15,598 nucleotides of DNA from Candidatus Aenigmatarchaeota archaeon (GCA_043814985.1 JBDRJK010000009.1:1-15598); one strand, 5' to 3'. Positions 1 to 8,753 are shown, counted from the first letter of the stretch. A program made the numbers and translations. Notes: a model not told the origin generated them from the sequence alone.

Positions 1-110
1 ATAGTGAAGTCTGAGTATGATGGTTCTTCCTTGTTAGTTTCATACCAATTTTCCCAGTCTTGTTCAGACCAGTCCTTGATAGACTCTTTTGTTAAATCTT
101 CTAGTTTCAT
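1..110 (-). CDS. Partial hypothetical protein (N-terminus only, runs off the left edge)
   Basis: Not in the ORF track. ATG at 110 on the minus strand opens MKLEDLTKESIKDWSEQDWENWYETNKEEPSYSDFT... with no stop before the edge. It lies ~23 nt downstream of a BRE-TATA motif. Confidence 0.6.
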   Translation of the reverse strand, partial: MKLEDLTKESIKDWSEQDWENWYETNKEEPSYSDFT

Positions 111-132
111 GGTTATTTTGAGAATACCTCTC

Positions 133-147
133 CTTATAAATGTTTCG
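133..147 (-). promoter_or_regulatory. Archaeal BRE-TATA promoter (CGAAACA-TTTATAAG) for a probably leaderless leftward gene
   Basis: The minus strand reads CGAAACATTTATAAG. Spacing to the ATG at 110 fits a leaderless archaeal transcript. The architecture matches the promoter at 12401-12415. Confidence 0.65.
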
Positions 148-347
148 TTACTAAGCAGTAGCAATAACGCTTTTTCTGAAATCCGTTATTCAGTCACTCG
201 ACAGTGTAAAACCTGAAAACCTCGAATTTGAGGGCTTTAGGCTCTGTACTGCCAGAACTGCCAAGAGGCCAGAAAGACCGACTTTGCATTGGAGGTTTGC
301 CTGCCAAGGGGCGGAATGAGACCGAAAAAAACAAGGAGGTAAGAACC

Positions 348-617
348 ATGAAAGACATGGAAACGGTCGAAAAGTACCGCCAAGGCGAAGCTGATAAGTG
401 GGCAAAGAAAGACCAGGACATACGCCTTCAGGTCTGTTTTAAGAAGGCAATAGATGTCGAGATACACCTCATAAAAGGTGCACAGGCACTATCTGAAGCC
501 GAGATAACGGCAAGAATTCTGCAACGAACTGAGAGCTATTTCCGAGGCTACAGCCAGCTAAGGAACAGGCTCGTGGAAGGCATTTCTGATGAGGATGACG
601 ATGACTCAGCAGAATGA
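348..617 (+). CDS. Hypothetical protein (89 aa, acidic C-terminus)
   Basis: In frame with ORF 228..617. Start moved to ATG 348 because GGAGGT lies at 335-340. Ends in SDEDDDDSAE. Confidence 0.65.
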   Translation: MKDMETVEKYRQGEADKWAKKDQDIRLQVCFKKAIDVEIHLIKGAQALSEAEITARILQRTESYFRGYSQLRNRLVEGISDEDDDDSAE

Positions 618-771
618 CATCCGCAAAGAACTGCAGAAGAAAAACCAGCAGACCCGACAAAAAATCCAGAAACAGAAAGACAACCAGGAAGTCGACGACT
701 TCATGGAAGACATAGGCATCGACAGAGTCGATAAGCCACAAAAAAAGGATGAAAGGAGGTCAAGAAAATGA
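601..771 (+). CDS. Small charged hypothetical protein
   Basis: In frame with ORF 589..771, with GAGG at 591-594 before ATG 601. The stop overlaps the next start (ATGA at 768-771). Confidence 0.55.
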   Translation: MTQQNDIRKELQKKNQQTRQKIQKQKDNQEVDDFMEDIGIDRVDKPQKKDERRSRK

Positions 772-1247
772 AACTTGAAGCATCAGACAAGGTTGCCGTA
801 CCTCAAAAACGGCCATTTATCAAAAAAGGATTCTATCATGCACGACTGGTAGAAATCAAGCCAAAGAAGAACGAGAGCAAATTCGGCAAGAAGATTGTCC
901 TTATCTTTGACATTCTTGATCCGAAATACCAGCAGAACGGAAAGTTTCTGCAGCTCGCAACAGAAGTGTATTCTGAATACAAGCAGGACGATGGAAGCTA
1001 CAGGACAGCAATAACCCCGAACAGCAACATCACCAAAACGTTCCAGGCACTGGGATGGAAATTCTCCAATCAGGGCCTTGACACAAACGATTTCATCGGA
1101 GCAGAAGCAGAAGTTCTGGTTGAAGACTACGAATACGACTGGACAGACCCAGCAACGACCAAGACAGAGAAAACCAGAGCCAGCACCATCAATGACGTCA
1201 ACCCATGGAAAGATGAGGCGGAGGTAACCGAAGAAACCATCCAATAA
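768..1247 (+). CDS. Putative single-stranded DNA-binding protein (DUF669-like phage OB-fold)
   Basis: GGAGGT at 755-760. Pattern 'KGFYHARLVEI...KFGKKIVLIFDI...DTNDFIGAEAEVLV...INDV' plus an acidic tail is typical of phage SSB-like proteins. Located in the replication module. Confidence 0.55.
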   Translation: MKLEASDKVAVPQKRPFIKKGFYHARLVEIKPKKNESKFGKKIVLIFDILDPKYQQNGKFLQLATEVYSEYKQDDGSYRTAITPNSNITKTFQALGWKFSNQGLDTNDFIGAEAEVLVEDYEYDWTDPATTKTEKTRASTINDVNPWKDEAEVTEETIQ

Positions 1248-1264
1248 ACGTCACCACTGTTCAG

Positions 1265-1355
1265 TACGATTATGTCAAAATCGCAACATTACACTGACAG
1301 ACCCCCTATTTTCGGGTTTGAAAAAAGTAACTGATAGGGTTTTGACATAATCGTA
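1265..1355. repeat. Perfect 16-bp inverted repeat (TACGATTATGTCAAAA / TTTTGACATAATCGTA) with 59-nt spacer
   Basis: Arms at 1265-1280 and 1340-1355 are exact reverse complements. An inner CCCTAT (1304-1309) / ATAGGG (1334-1339) pair is also present. Confidence 0.9.
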
Positions 1356-1446
1356 TCGGATAGTAGTAACAAAAAGACGACTGGAAAACAAGCGAGACTG
1401 CTCGAAGTAGCTGCAGCTATCAAAAAAACAAAGGAGGTACAGAAGA

Positions 1447-3504
1447 ATGAACAAAGAAATATTCATGAGTTTCATGAAGTTTGGCACTCTTGGCCTGCCA
1501 AAAGAAATACTCACAGAACTCAATGGAAAATACTTCACTGCAGCAGACTCACTGATCCAGTCAACAAAACCAGAAGATATTCAGAAGAACATAGCAGTAC
1601 TCTCAGAATTAGAGAAGTATCTGAGAAAGATTTCTGAAGAGCATGATGTTGATTTTCCAGATGTTTTTTTCTTTTTGAGCGGATACTACAATTCAGACAT
1701 CGTTTGTGAGAACCTCAAGGAAGACGATAGAGTTCCTGATGCATTCATCAAATCTCTTGAGAGCAAACATACTGAAAACAGCATCATCAAAATATCTCAG
1801 CCATACAATTACGAGCAGATAAAATATATTACCCGTCAGATATTCAATAACCAGAAAGAAAGACACCCTCTTATTTTTCCAATACCTCCTCATGAAAAGA
1901 TTTTGGGAAAAGTAGTTGGAGAGATAGAGCAAAGAAAAATAAAAATTCCACTTGCTTGGTCAAATGAAATCCAGGTCAAAGACGTAAAGAATTATGCAGC
2001 ATATGTTTTTGGCGAGACACTTCCAAAAAGGCCAAAGATAGTCGATGAAGTAAACGGAGAATTCTTCCTCTACAGATTTCTCTCAAAAAGCGGAAAAGAA
2101 TACGCACTGGCAAGCATAGACAAGCTTAATCTCGATGACTACACACTTGACGGGATAAGCATTGAAGTTGAGGACGTAAAGATACTTGGCGATGCATACA
2201 GACTGCTCAATAAATTCACGCTCTTCTTTGTCCATACTGCAGAAAACCACGTCTGCCAATTAAAGAACCATCAGCAATTATTCCAGAAAGCTGATGCTGT
2301 AAAACTCACAGGAATAAAACTTTATGACTATCTTTGCAGCTATAAAAAAGATGGAATAATCCAGATTCTCGAGCATCCAAAATGGTTTCTCAGGCTCGTA
2401 TCAGCATTTCTGTTTCACAAAAAGAAGGGAGACACTGCAGAATACCCTATGCACCTTCTTTGGATTTCCGAGAGAGGGGCTGGCAAAACCAGCTTCATGG
2501 AAGGAGTCCAGCAAAAGAGCGGAGAGACGCAGGGCATCATAGCTGGAAGCAATTCCACTATCAAATATCTCATTCCAAGTTTTAAAGAAACACGAAGACC
2601 AGAGATGGGAGCTCTGGCCAAAGCATCACGTCTCTGCGTCATTGACGAATTCTTCAGAGTCATCAGGATAAATCACTTAGACCATGACGATGAATGCGGG
2701 AAGATGAACGATCTTCTCGAGCATAAGGACAGGCAGGCTGGAAGCGGACATGGCATGATAAGAACCAGCATGACTGCACGAGTAATTGCTGGCACGAACC
2801 CGATTGCAGGAACAAAAGACATCATTAATCTTCTTGAAAGGTTTGACGATTCTTTCCTGAGCAGATTCCTCATTTACTATCAGACTGACGAGCACTTAAA
2901 ACTCATTCAGCAGATGAAGAAAACAGCACAGAAAAGGTACACAAAAGATTGGATTGATGTCAACGACTTTCTCAGCATCCAGGATTATCTTCAGGGATTT
3001 GATGCAAAATATGACCGACAAAGACTCATCGACATCTTTGACAGATTCCTGCTGTTCTTCAATGAGCAGGTAAAAGGATTGTACGAGGCAAGATATCTGC
3101 ATCACCTCGAATGCCTCACTGACGGAATCGTAAAAACGAGATGCCTCATAACAAGAGATGCAGCATTCACGGCAACAGAAGAAGATTATCAGGAAGTAGA
3201 ACAGATATGGGGCACAATACTCAAAGGATGGTTCAAGCAAAGCATCGATGAACTCGTCTGTGATTTGAATGTACCAATAGAAACCCGTCTGAAATTTCTT
3301 CCTGAAGATGCAATGTTCATTCTGCACAAGCTTGCTTCAATCGGATACAAGGCAAGGATAACAGAACTCAAAGACAAATGCAGAATTGAAATGTCTGCTC
3401 CAAAAATAGCATTCCAGATGTCCCTTCTTCATAGAGGGGGATTCATCAAAGACAACAACGGAGAAGCAATCCATTACGCATGGGATGTAGAGGAGAGAAA
3501 ATGA
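1447..3504 (+). CDS. mcm: Divergent MCM-family AAA+ replicative helicase
   Basis: Walker A HLLWISERGAGKTS, GALAKA, Walker B LCVIDEF, sensor-1 IAGTNP and arginine finger FLSRF occur in MCM order. Probable C-terminal winged helix. GGAGGT at 1433-1438. Confidence 0.85.
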   Translation: MNKEIFMSFMKFGTLGLPKEILTELNGKYFTAADSLIQSTKPEDIQKNIAVLSELEKYLRKISEEHDVDFPDVFFFLSGYYNSDIVCENLKEDDRVPDAFIKSLESKHTENSIIKISQPYNYEQIKYITRQIFNNQKERHPLIFPIPPHEKILGKVVGEIEQRKIKIPLAWSNEIQVKDVKNYAAYVFGETLPKRPKIVDEVNGEFFLYRFLSKSGKEYALASIDKLNLDDYTLDGISIEVEDVKILGDAYRLLNKFTLFFVHTAENHVCQLKNHQQLFQKADAVKLTGIKLYDYLCSYKKDGIIQILEHPKWFLRLVSAFLFHKKKGDTAEYPMHLLWISERGAGKTSFMEGVQQKSGETQGIIAGSNSTIKYLIPSFKETRRPEMGALAKASRLCVIDEFFRVIRINHLDHDDECGKMNDLLEHKDRQAGSGHGMIRTSMTARVIAGTNPIAGTKDIINLLERFDDSFLSRFLIYYQTDEHLKLIQQMKKTAQKRYTKDWIDVNDFLSIQDYLQGFDAKYDRQRLIDIFDRFLLFFNEQVKGLYEARYLHHLECLTDGIVKTRCLITRDAAFTATEEDYQEVEQIWGTILKGWFKQSIDELVCDLNVPIETRLKFLPEDAMFILHKLASIGYKARITELKDKCRIEMSAPKIAFQMSLLHRGGFIKDNNGEAIHYAWDVEERK

Positions 3505-4613
3505 GACTCTACTGCACCCAAGAGGAAGAAGACTATTGGATGGGTGAGCCTATCTATGAAGAAAACAAATCCGTCGGATTTCACAGAATGTGGTTTCTTG
3601 ATGTACTCTCAAGAAAGACTGATTTTGATATCAGCCTGCAAAGTCAGGAGGGATATTTCACGAAAAGAATGTCCTGGTCTGATTTGCATCCTGACAATAA
3701 GCTTCGGGCATACATCATTCATAGAACACTGCTATGCAATGAGATAGTGTTTGATCTTGATGCAAAAGATTACGAGCAGAATGTTGAGAATTTCAAGAGC
3801 ATATATCCACGACTCAAGGAACTCGGTTATTTTCCTTATGTGTATTATTCAGGAAATAAAGGCCTGCACATCCACCTATTCCTTTCATTCAAAAGCCTCG
3901 TCAACGATTTGGATATGAAGATACAGAAAAGAATTGTCAAGCATTATGCGAGAGCAGAAACCTTTGAAAAACAATTCACAAAATTCATAACCAACAAAAT
4001 ACAATGGGCTCACCGATACTTCTCCGTTGACAAAGCCATTAATCAGACCAATCATCTTATACGTGCAGAGGGAAGCCTCAACAAAATAGGATTCAAGACA
4101 TTCTTAGGACATACTCCAGAAGAAATTCCTTCAATAGCTCCAGTCTTCAATCTTGAAAACAAGGAATATCCAAAATTTCCATTTCATGAGATTACAGATT
4201 CACTTGAAACCATAAAGTACTCTCACCCAACAAACCTCGTGCCTCTGTGCGAAGAATTTGTGAAAGCAAAGAAGATAGGAATACAGGAGCCAACATACAA
4301 ACCATTAACGGAGTTCTTTGATATAAAGCCAAAAGACAAGTCATGCATAAAGTTTCTTGAGACGGCAGATTTTGCTAATTTACAAGAAGGAAGGAAAAGA
4401 GCACTCTTCATTCTCGCATCGCATTACAAGGATGATCCTCAGCAGATAGTTATCCTGCAGGAATGGAACAACAAAATCCTCGACAATCACCTGACTGATT
4501 TTGAAATACAGAGTTCTGCAAAGAGCACAACAGGAAAAGTGAGCTGCAAGTACACTCACGAGTTTCTCGAATCAATAGGGTGCAGTCAAGTCTGCAAGGG
4601 GTGTTCGCAATGA
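3501..4613 (+). CDS. Archaeo-eukaryotic primase (AEP) with PriL/PriX-like Cys-containing C-terminal domain
   Basis: AEP motifs EIVFDLD, YSGNKGLHIH and LIRAEGS. The C-terminal part reads SCIKFL..EGRKRALFILASH..VSCK..GCSQVCKGC. Start set at ATG 3501 (ATGA overlap with the MCM stop). Confidence 0.85.
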   Translation: MRLYCTQEEEDYWMGEPIYEENKSVGFHRMWFLDVLSRKTDFDISLQSQEGYFTKRMSWSDLHPDNKLRAYIIHRTLLCNEIVFDLDAKDYEQNVENFKSIYPRLKELGYFPYVYYSGNKGLHIHLFLSFKSLVNDLDMKIQKRIVKHYARAETFEKQFTKFITNKIQWAHRYFSVDKAINQTNHLIRAEGSLNKIGFKTFLGHTPEEIPSIAPVFNLENKEYPKFPFHEITDSLETIKYSHPTNLVPLCEEFVKAKKIGIQEPTYKPLTEFFDIKPKDKSCIKFLETADFANLQEGRKRALFILASHYKDDPQQIVILQEWNNKILDNHLTDFEIQSSAKSTTGKVSCKYTHEFLESIGCSQVCKGCSQ

Positions 4614-4807
4614 TTCAGGTGCAGGGCATTACAGATCCGAAGAAGCAGATGAAAACCATTCAGTTCCTAAAAAGTGTCCCGGAGTTCTCTGATATTGACG
4701 GGAGGAAAAGGGGGCCGTTCAAACCAGGAGACGCTCTGAGGATACATATCGACATTGCTAATCTGCTCATACTCAAAGGCAAGGCCAAAGAGTTTGATAT
4801 CGACTGA
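4610..4807 (+). CDS. Stand-alone GINS B-domain-like protein (65 aa)
   Basis: IQFLKSVPEFSDIDGRKRGPFKPGDALRIHIDIANLLILKGKAKE matches the pattern of the archaeal Gins51 C-terminal B-domain / PriS C-terminal domain. ATGA overlap with the primase stop. Confidence 0.75.
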   Translation: MIQVQGITDPKKQMKTIQFLKSVPEFSDIDGRKRGPFKPGDALRIHIDIANLLILKGKAKEFDID

Positions 4808-4816
4808 GGTGAAACC

Positions 4817-4984
4817 ATGAACGAGGCAATACAATTGAGAAACAAACTGATGGGAGAAATCCAGGCATTGAGGCAGGATAATTCATCATGGAAAAGAAAG
4901 ATAGTGGAGAATGAAAAAAGAATTGCAGAGCTTGAACAGATTACAAAATCATTCGAGCATCTGACAAAGGAGGCAGTACAATGA
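4817..4984 (+). CDS. Small coiled-coil hypothetical protein (55 aa)
   Basis: Below the ORF-track cutoff. GAGGTG precedes ATG 4817. Sequence MNEAIQLRNKLMGEIQALRQDNSSWKRKIVENEKRIAELEQITKSFEHLTKEAVQ shows a heptad pattern. Confidence 0.65.
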   Translation: MNEAIQLRNKLMGEIQALRQDNSSWKRKIVENEKRIAELEQITKSFEHLTKEAVQ

Positions 4985-5151
4985 TGCAAAAACTAAAGCG
5001 AAGATACGTCTATGCAGAAACATTTGACGAAATAATGGCTTGGGCAAAAGAGAAAGGAATCAGAGCTCCGAACAGGAAAGATAATTTTCCATTCTTCCTG
5101 CATGAATATCTGAAAGAAAAAGGAGGCTGTCAAGATGTGGAAAGGATATGA
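4981..5151 (+). CDS. Small hypothetical protein (56 aa)
   Basis: Below the ORF-track cutoff. GGAGG upstream and ATGA overlap with the previous stop. Sequence MMQKLKRRYVYAETFDEIMAWAKEKGIRAPNRKDNFPFFLHEYLKEKGGCQDVERI. Fills the gap before the MTase. Confidence 0.6.
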   Translation: MMQKLKRRYVYAETFDEIMAWAKEKGIRAPNRKDNFPFFLHEYLKEKGGCQDVERI

Positions 5152-6082
5152 TTCACTCCCCAGTTATTTTGGCGGAAAGAGAAAGCTTGCACGAAGAATC
5201 CTAAGCCACACAGAAGGAGAAGTATTCATTGATGCGTTTCTTGGAGGAGGAAGCGTCTCTCTATTAGCGAAAGCAAGAGGATACAAAGTAATCTGCAACG
5301 ACATTTCAGAAAGGTCAAAGATAGTAGGCAAAGCAATCATCGAGAACAAAAACTCCAAGCTGACAGATTATGATGTTTATGCATTGTTCAAGGAAACTGA
5401 CAACCATTTCATCAGAGACACTTATCCGAATCTCCTGCTGGAAAAAGATGTGCAGTTCATAGACAACGCTTTTGCCAATGCGAAGACAGACCTGCAGAAA
5501 CTTCTCTTAATCAAGTTCCTCGCTAAATACAAGCCATTTGGCATGCTGTCCAACAAAATACCTAAAGACCTGGAGACATGCAATATCAAAGTCATAAAAC
5601 CGCACATCAAGTACATGTACAAGCCAGTCAAGGCACTGCAGCAAATCAAGGAACACATCAACTATGGAATCTTTGACAACGGAAAAGAAAACGAACACCA
5701 TCAAAAGGATGTCTTTGAATTCTTAGAGAACGTGCAGGGCGACACTGTTTACTTTGACCCTCCTTATGCTGGAAGCCAGAGCTATGAAGAATTTTACAAC
5801 ATCCTGGACAGCATCCTTTTTCAGAAGAAGATTTCGGTTGAGAAAAGCAAGTTCAACACTGGAGATGCTGAGAAATTCATTCATCAGCTTCTTGAGAAAT
5901 CAATGCACATAAAGAAAGTCATCTTCAGTTTTGGAGGTCCTCAGATTGACGGGCAAAGACTTCTCAAGATAGTGCAGGAGCACAGGCCTGCTGAACTCTA
6001 TGAGATACAGCACAAGTGGGCTATCACGGCAAGTGATGAGCAGATGCAGACTGCAACTGAAATATTGGTGGTGACAAAATGA
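5135..6082 (+). CDS. DNA N6-adenine methyltransferase (Dam/D12-like, alpha group)
   Basis: SYFGGKRKL, SAM-binding FIDAFLGGGSV and NDI at the N-terminus; catalytic VYFDPPY near the C-terminus. GGAGG at 5122-5126. Confidence 0.9.
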   Translation: MWKGYDSLPSYFGGKRKLARRILSHTEGEVFIDAFLGGGSVSLLAKARGYKVICNDISERSKIVGKAIIENKNSKLTDYDVYALFKETDNHFIRDTYPNLLLEKDVQFIDNAFANAKTDLQKLLLIKFLAKYKPFGMLSNKIPKDLETCNIKVIKPHIKYMYKPVKALQQIKEHINYGIFDNGKENEHHQKDVFEFLENVQGDTVYFDPPYAGSQSYEEFYNILDSILFQKKISVEKSKFNTGDAEKFIHQLLEKSMHIKKVIFSFGGPQIDGQRLLKIVQEHRPAELYEIQHKWAITASDEQMQTATEILVVTK

Positions 6083-6702
6083 AAACTGAAAGAATATCTG
6101 TAAATCTGATAGATGAAAACGAGTACAACCCAAATGAGATGGATGAGAACCATTACAAAAAGCTTGTCCAGAACATCAAAAGAAAAGGCTTCAGAAAACC
6201 AATCGAAGTCAGAAAGAATGGAGAGCGCTACACGATAGTTGACGGAGCACATAGGTTCAGAGCGTGCAAAGAACTGGGCTACACTGAAGTAGACTGCATA
6301 GTGGATGAGATTGACGTAACAGAAGCGATGGTTGATACCTTAAACGCCAATATTCATGGCAGTCACAATCCCTACAAGGAAGCCATGATGTTCAAGCAGA
6401 TACACGACAGGTACACTCTCCAGGACATTGAGAAACTGACAGCATATGGCCAGACTGAAATCAAAGACAGAATGGACTTGCTTGGCCTTCCCGCCAATGT
6501 CCAGAAGATGATTGAAGAGCTGCAGGAAAAAGAGCGAAAAGAAGCGCCAGTGGTTCTTACGTTCATTGTAAAGGAGACTGAGAGGCAGCTCGTTATGGAT
6601 GCTTTGGGCTTATTTGAAGATGCTTCTGACAAGAATAAGGCACTATTGGCGCTGTGCAAAAGTGCTCTGGAAAAACAGGTGATTTCTGATGGAGCAAAAT
6701 GA
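6079..6702 (+). CDS. ParB/Sulfiredoxin-like N-terminal domain protein
   Basis: NEYNPNEM...LVQNIKRKGFRKPIEVR...YTIVDGAHRFRA, followed by a helix-turn-helix-like segment. ATGA overlap with the MTase. Confidence 0.88.
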   Translation: MKTERISVNLIDENEYNPNEMDENHYKKLVQNIKRKGFRKPIEVRKNGERYTIVDGAHRFRACKELGYTEVDCIVDEIDVTEAMVDTLNANIHGSHNPYKEAMMFKQIHDRYTLQDIEKLTAYGQTEIKDRMDLLGLPANVQKMIEELQEKERKEAPVVLTFIVKETERQLVMDALGLFEDASDKNKALLALCKSALEKQVISDGAK

Positions 6703-7285
6703 AACGCGGTCTCAAACGCCGTCTCAGGATTCAAGACTGGACAGATTCGGAGATAAGATACATGTCTTCACAGATGAAGAACGATTAAAGGGCAATAAAT
6801 ATATCTCTCAAAAGAGAAAAGTAGCTAATTCCCTGAACTCCTTCAAGCACGGGTATTATTCAAACAGGGTTCCTCACTGCCACACCTGTATCTTTAAAAG
6901 CAAATGCACGGCTTATGATCCTAAGGACCCGAAAGCTGCATGCAAAGTAATTGATATCCCTAACTACCTGCATCTGATGTCGGCTCTCACTTTTACTTCT
7001 GAGCAAGAGTTTGATGACTTCATTAACAAACAAATGCAGAGAGCATTCATGAAGAATCTGACGGCAAATGACCAGAAACAGATTCTTGATTTTGTGACAA
7101 TCATTCTCAAAGTAAAGGACACAAAATTCAGAACTCCGCAGGAGCAGACAATCAATCTGCAGATAAATAATTTCACATCTGAGTTTCAAGTCTTGAAGGA
7201 TGTGACAATCAAAGTTCTGAATAAGCATCCTGAAGTAATGCAGGAATGGAGGGCCGCAATTGAATCTGCCAAACAGCCCAATTGA
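6689..7285 (+). CDS. Putative terminase small subunit
   Basis: Directly upstream of and overlapping TerL. Contains an NSFKHGYYS motif resembling the 'NAxKHG' of TerS-like proteins, a CxxC-x5-C-x10-C cluster, and a helical C-terminus with 'TINLQINN'. Confidence 0.55.
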   Translation: MEQNETRSQTPSQDSRLDRFGDKIHVFTDEERLKGNKYISQKRKVANSLNSFKHGYYSNRVPHCHTCIFKSKCTAYDPKDPKAACKVIDIPNYLHLMSALTFTSEQEFDDFINKQMQRAFMKNLTANDQKQILDFVTIILKVKDTKFRTPQEQTINLQINNFTSEFQVLKDVTIKVLNKHPEVMQEWRAAIESAKQPN

Positions 7286-8732
7286 GAAAGCGCTCTTTGA
7301 CAGCTTCAAAGAGCCGAATTATTCCAACTTCATAGGATTCGTAAAGAGATATCTCGCTCCCTTTATGGAACAGTCCTTTGTAGAGGAAGATTACTACAAG
7401 GAATGGTTTGACCTCGAGCAACTTAATCAGTACAATGCCATTGAAGCTCCAAGAGGACACAGTAAAAGCGAGATGTTCACCGTATGGATTACAATCTACT
7501 ATGCAATCTACAACATCCATCACGAGCAAATAATATCCAGCGTCAGCGGAGACCAGACCAATGAATTATTTGACAGAGTAAAATTCTTCTTCTATGTAAG
7601 CAATTATCTCAATGAACAATATAAGCCAGAAGGAGCAGACAAAAACGTCAGCCTGAGTTCATGGAACTCAAAGAAAATAGTTCTCAAGAATGATACAATT
7701 ATTCATGCACGAAGCATTGCAGGAAAGTGGAGAGGGCTCCACGTTGACAGAATTGTCTGCGATGATATCATCACAGAAGACAGCACTTTAAGCGACAGGC
7801 AGACAATCAACAAATTTTATTCCGCAGTGTTCAACTGCTCAACAGCGAAGAAAGGAAAGATTACAGTCATAGGAACTCCCCTAAGATTTTCTGATATACT
7901 TTTTGATTTGAAATCAAATAAGCAGTTTAATTTCAAAGCGTATCCTGCAATTCTTGATTATGAAAAGAAGATTGTTCTCTCACCTAAAAGAAGATCATTC
8001 GAAGAATTGCTGAGGATAAAAGATACTATCGGCTCATTAAGATTTCAGTGCGAGTACATGCTCAACCCCATCGATGACCAGAGTTCAATCTTCAAAAGAG
8101 AATGGCTGAACAGGGCAAGAAATGAAAGCATTGACCTAATCAGGAACAGACAGGACTTGCAGAAATACGGATTCAATCCGACGCTACTCACCTGCGGAGC
8201 TGACTTCGCATTCTCAGAGAGAAAGAATGCCAATTATTCAGTATTTCTCACACTTGCACGATTAAATGACGGAAGGCTTCTGCTCTGCAATTACTTCAGA
8301 GCTCAGGGACTTACAGGCCAGCAGCAGGTAGACAAACTCAGGGAACTGCATGCCATTTACGATTATGATGTCATGGCTTTGGAAGAAAACAGCATCATGG
8401 CAATAAGCAAAGACCTGCACGGGCTTGGCCTGCCAATAAAGCTTCTCAGGACAGGCTCACGAGATACTGAAAACACCATCTCCAAGACAAACGCTATTCT
8501 GAGAATGACGACATGGTTTGAGAACAACCAGGTCATAATTCCTTACGGGAGCGATGAAGCAAAGGAAAGATACGAAATTCTTGAGCAGGAATTCAGAAGC
8601 TTCGCACTTGAAGACGGGAAAATAATCGAGATTGGAGTCCACCCGGACATACCTATTGCTTTCGTGTATGCAGGAGAATCTGCAAAGAAAGCAACTCAGG
8701 CATCAGGATTCGTGACAAGCATAGTACGATAA
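7260..8732 (+). CDS. terL: Terminase large subunit
   Basis: Walker A APRGHSKS, Walker B IVCDD and coupling motif IGTP. RNase H-like nuclease motifs GADFA, LEEN and HPD. TTG start with GGAGG at 7248-7252; the exact start is uncertain. Confidence 0.92.
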   Translation: MNLPNSPIEKALFDSFKEPNYSNFIGFVKRYLAPFMEQSFVEEDYYKEWFDLEQLNQYNAIEAPRGHSKSEMFTVWITIYYAIYNIHHEQIISSVSGDQTNELFDRVKFFFYVSNYLNEQYKPEGADKNVSLSSWNSKKIVLKNDTIIHARSIAGKWRGLHVDRIVCDDIITEDSTLSDRQTINKFYSAVFNCSTAKKGKITVIGTPLRFSDILFDLKSNKQFNFKAYPAILDYEKKIVLSPKRRSFEELLRIKDTIGSLRFQCEYMLNPIDDQSSIFKREWLNRARNESIDLIRNRQDLQKYGFNPTLLTCGADFAFSERKNANYSVFLTLARLNDGRLLLCNYFRAQGLTGQQQVDKLRELHAIYDYDVMALEENSIMAISKDLHGLGLPIKLLRTGSRDTENTISKTNAILRMTTWFENNQVIIPYGSDEAKERYEILEQEFRSFALEDGKIIEIGVHPDIPIAFVYAGESAKKATQASGFVTSIVR

Positions 8733-8753
8733 AAAAAGGAGGTTCAAATAAAA

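Noticed and set aside
241..342. Short frame reading ALYCQNCQEARKTDF... resembling half a zinc ribbon
   Set aside because: An in-frame TAG at 238-240 precedes it, there is no convincing start, and there is only one CxxC.
1447..8732. Inteins in MCM or TerL
   Set aside because: Motif spacing is compact, and no intein splice-junction or LAGLIDADG motifs were seen.
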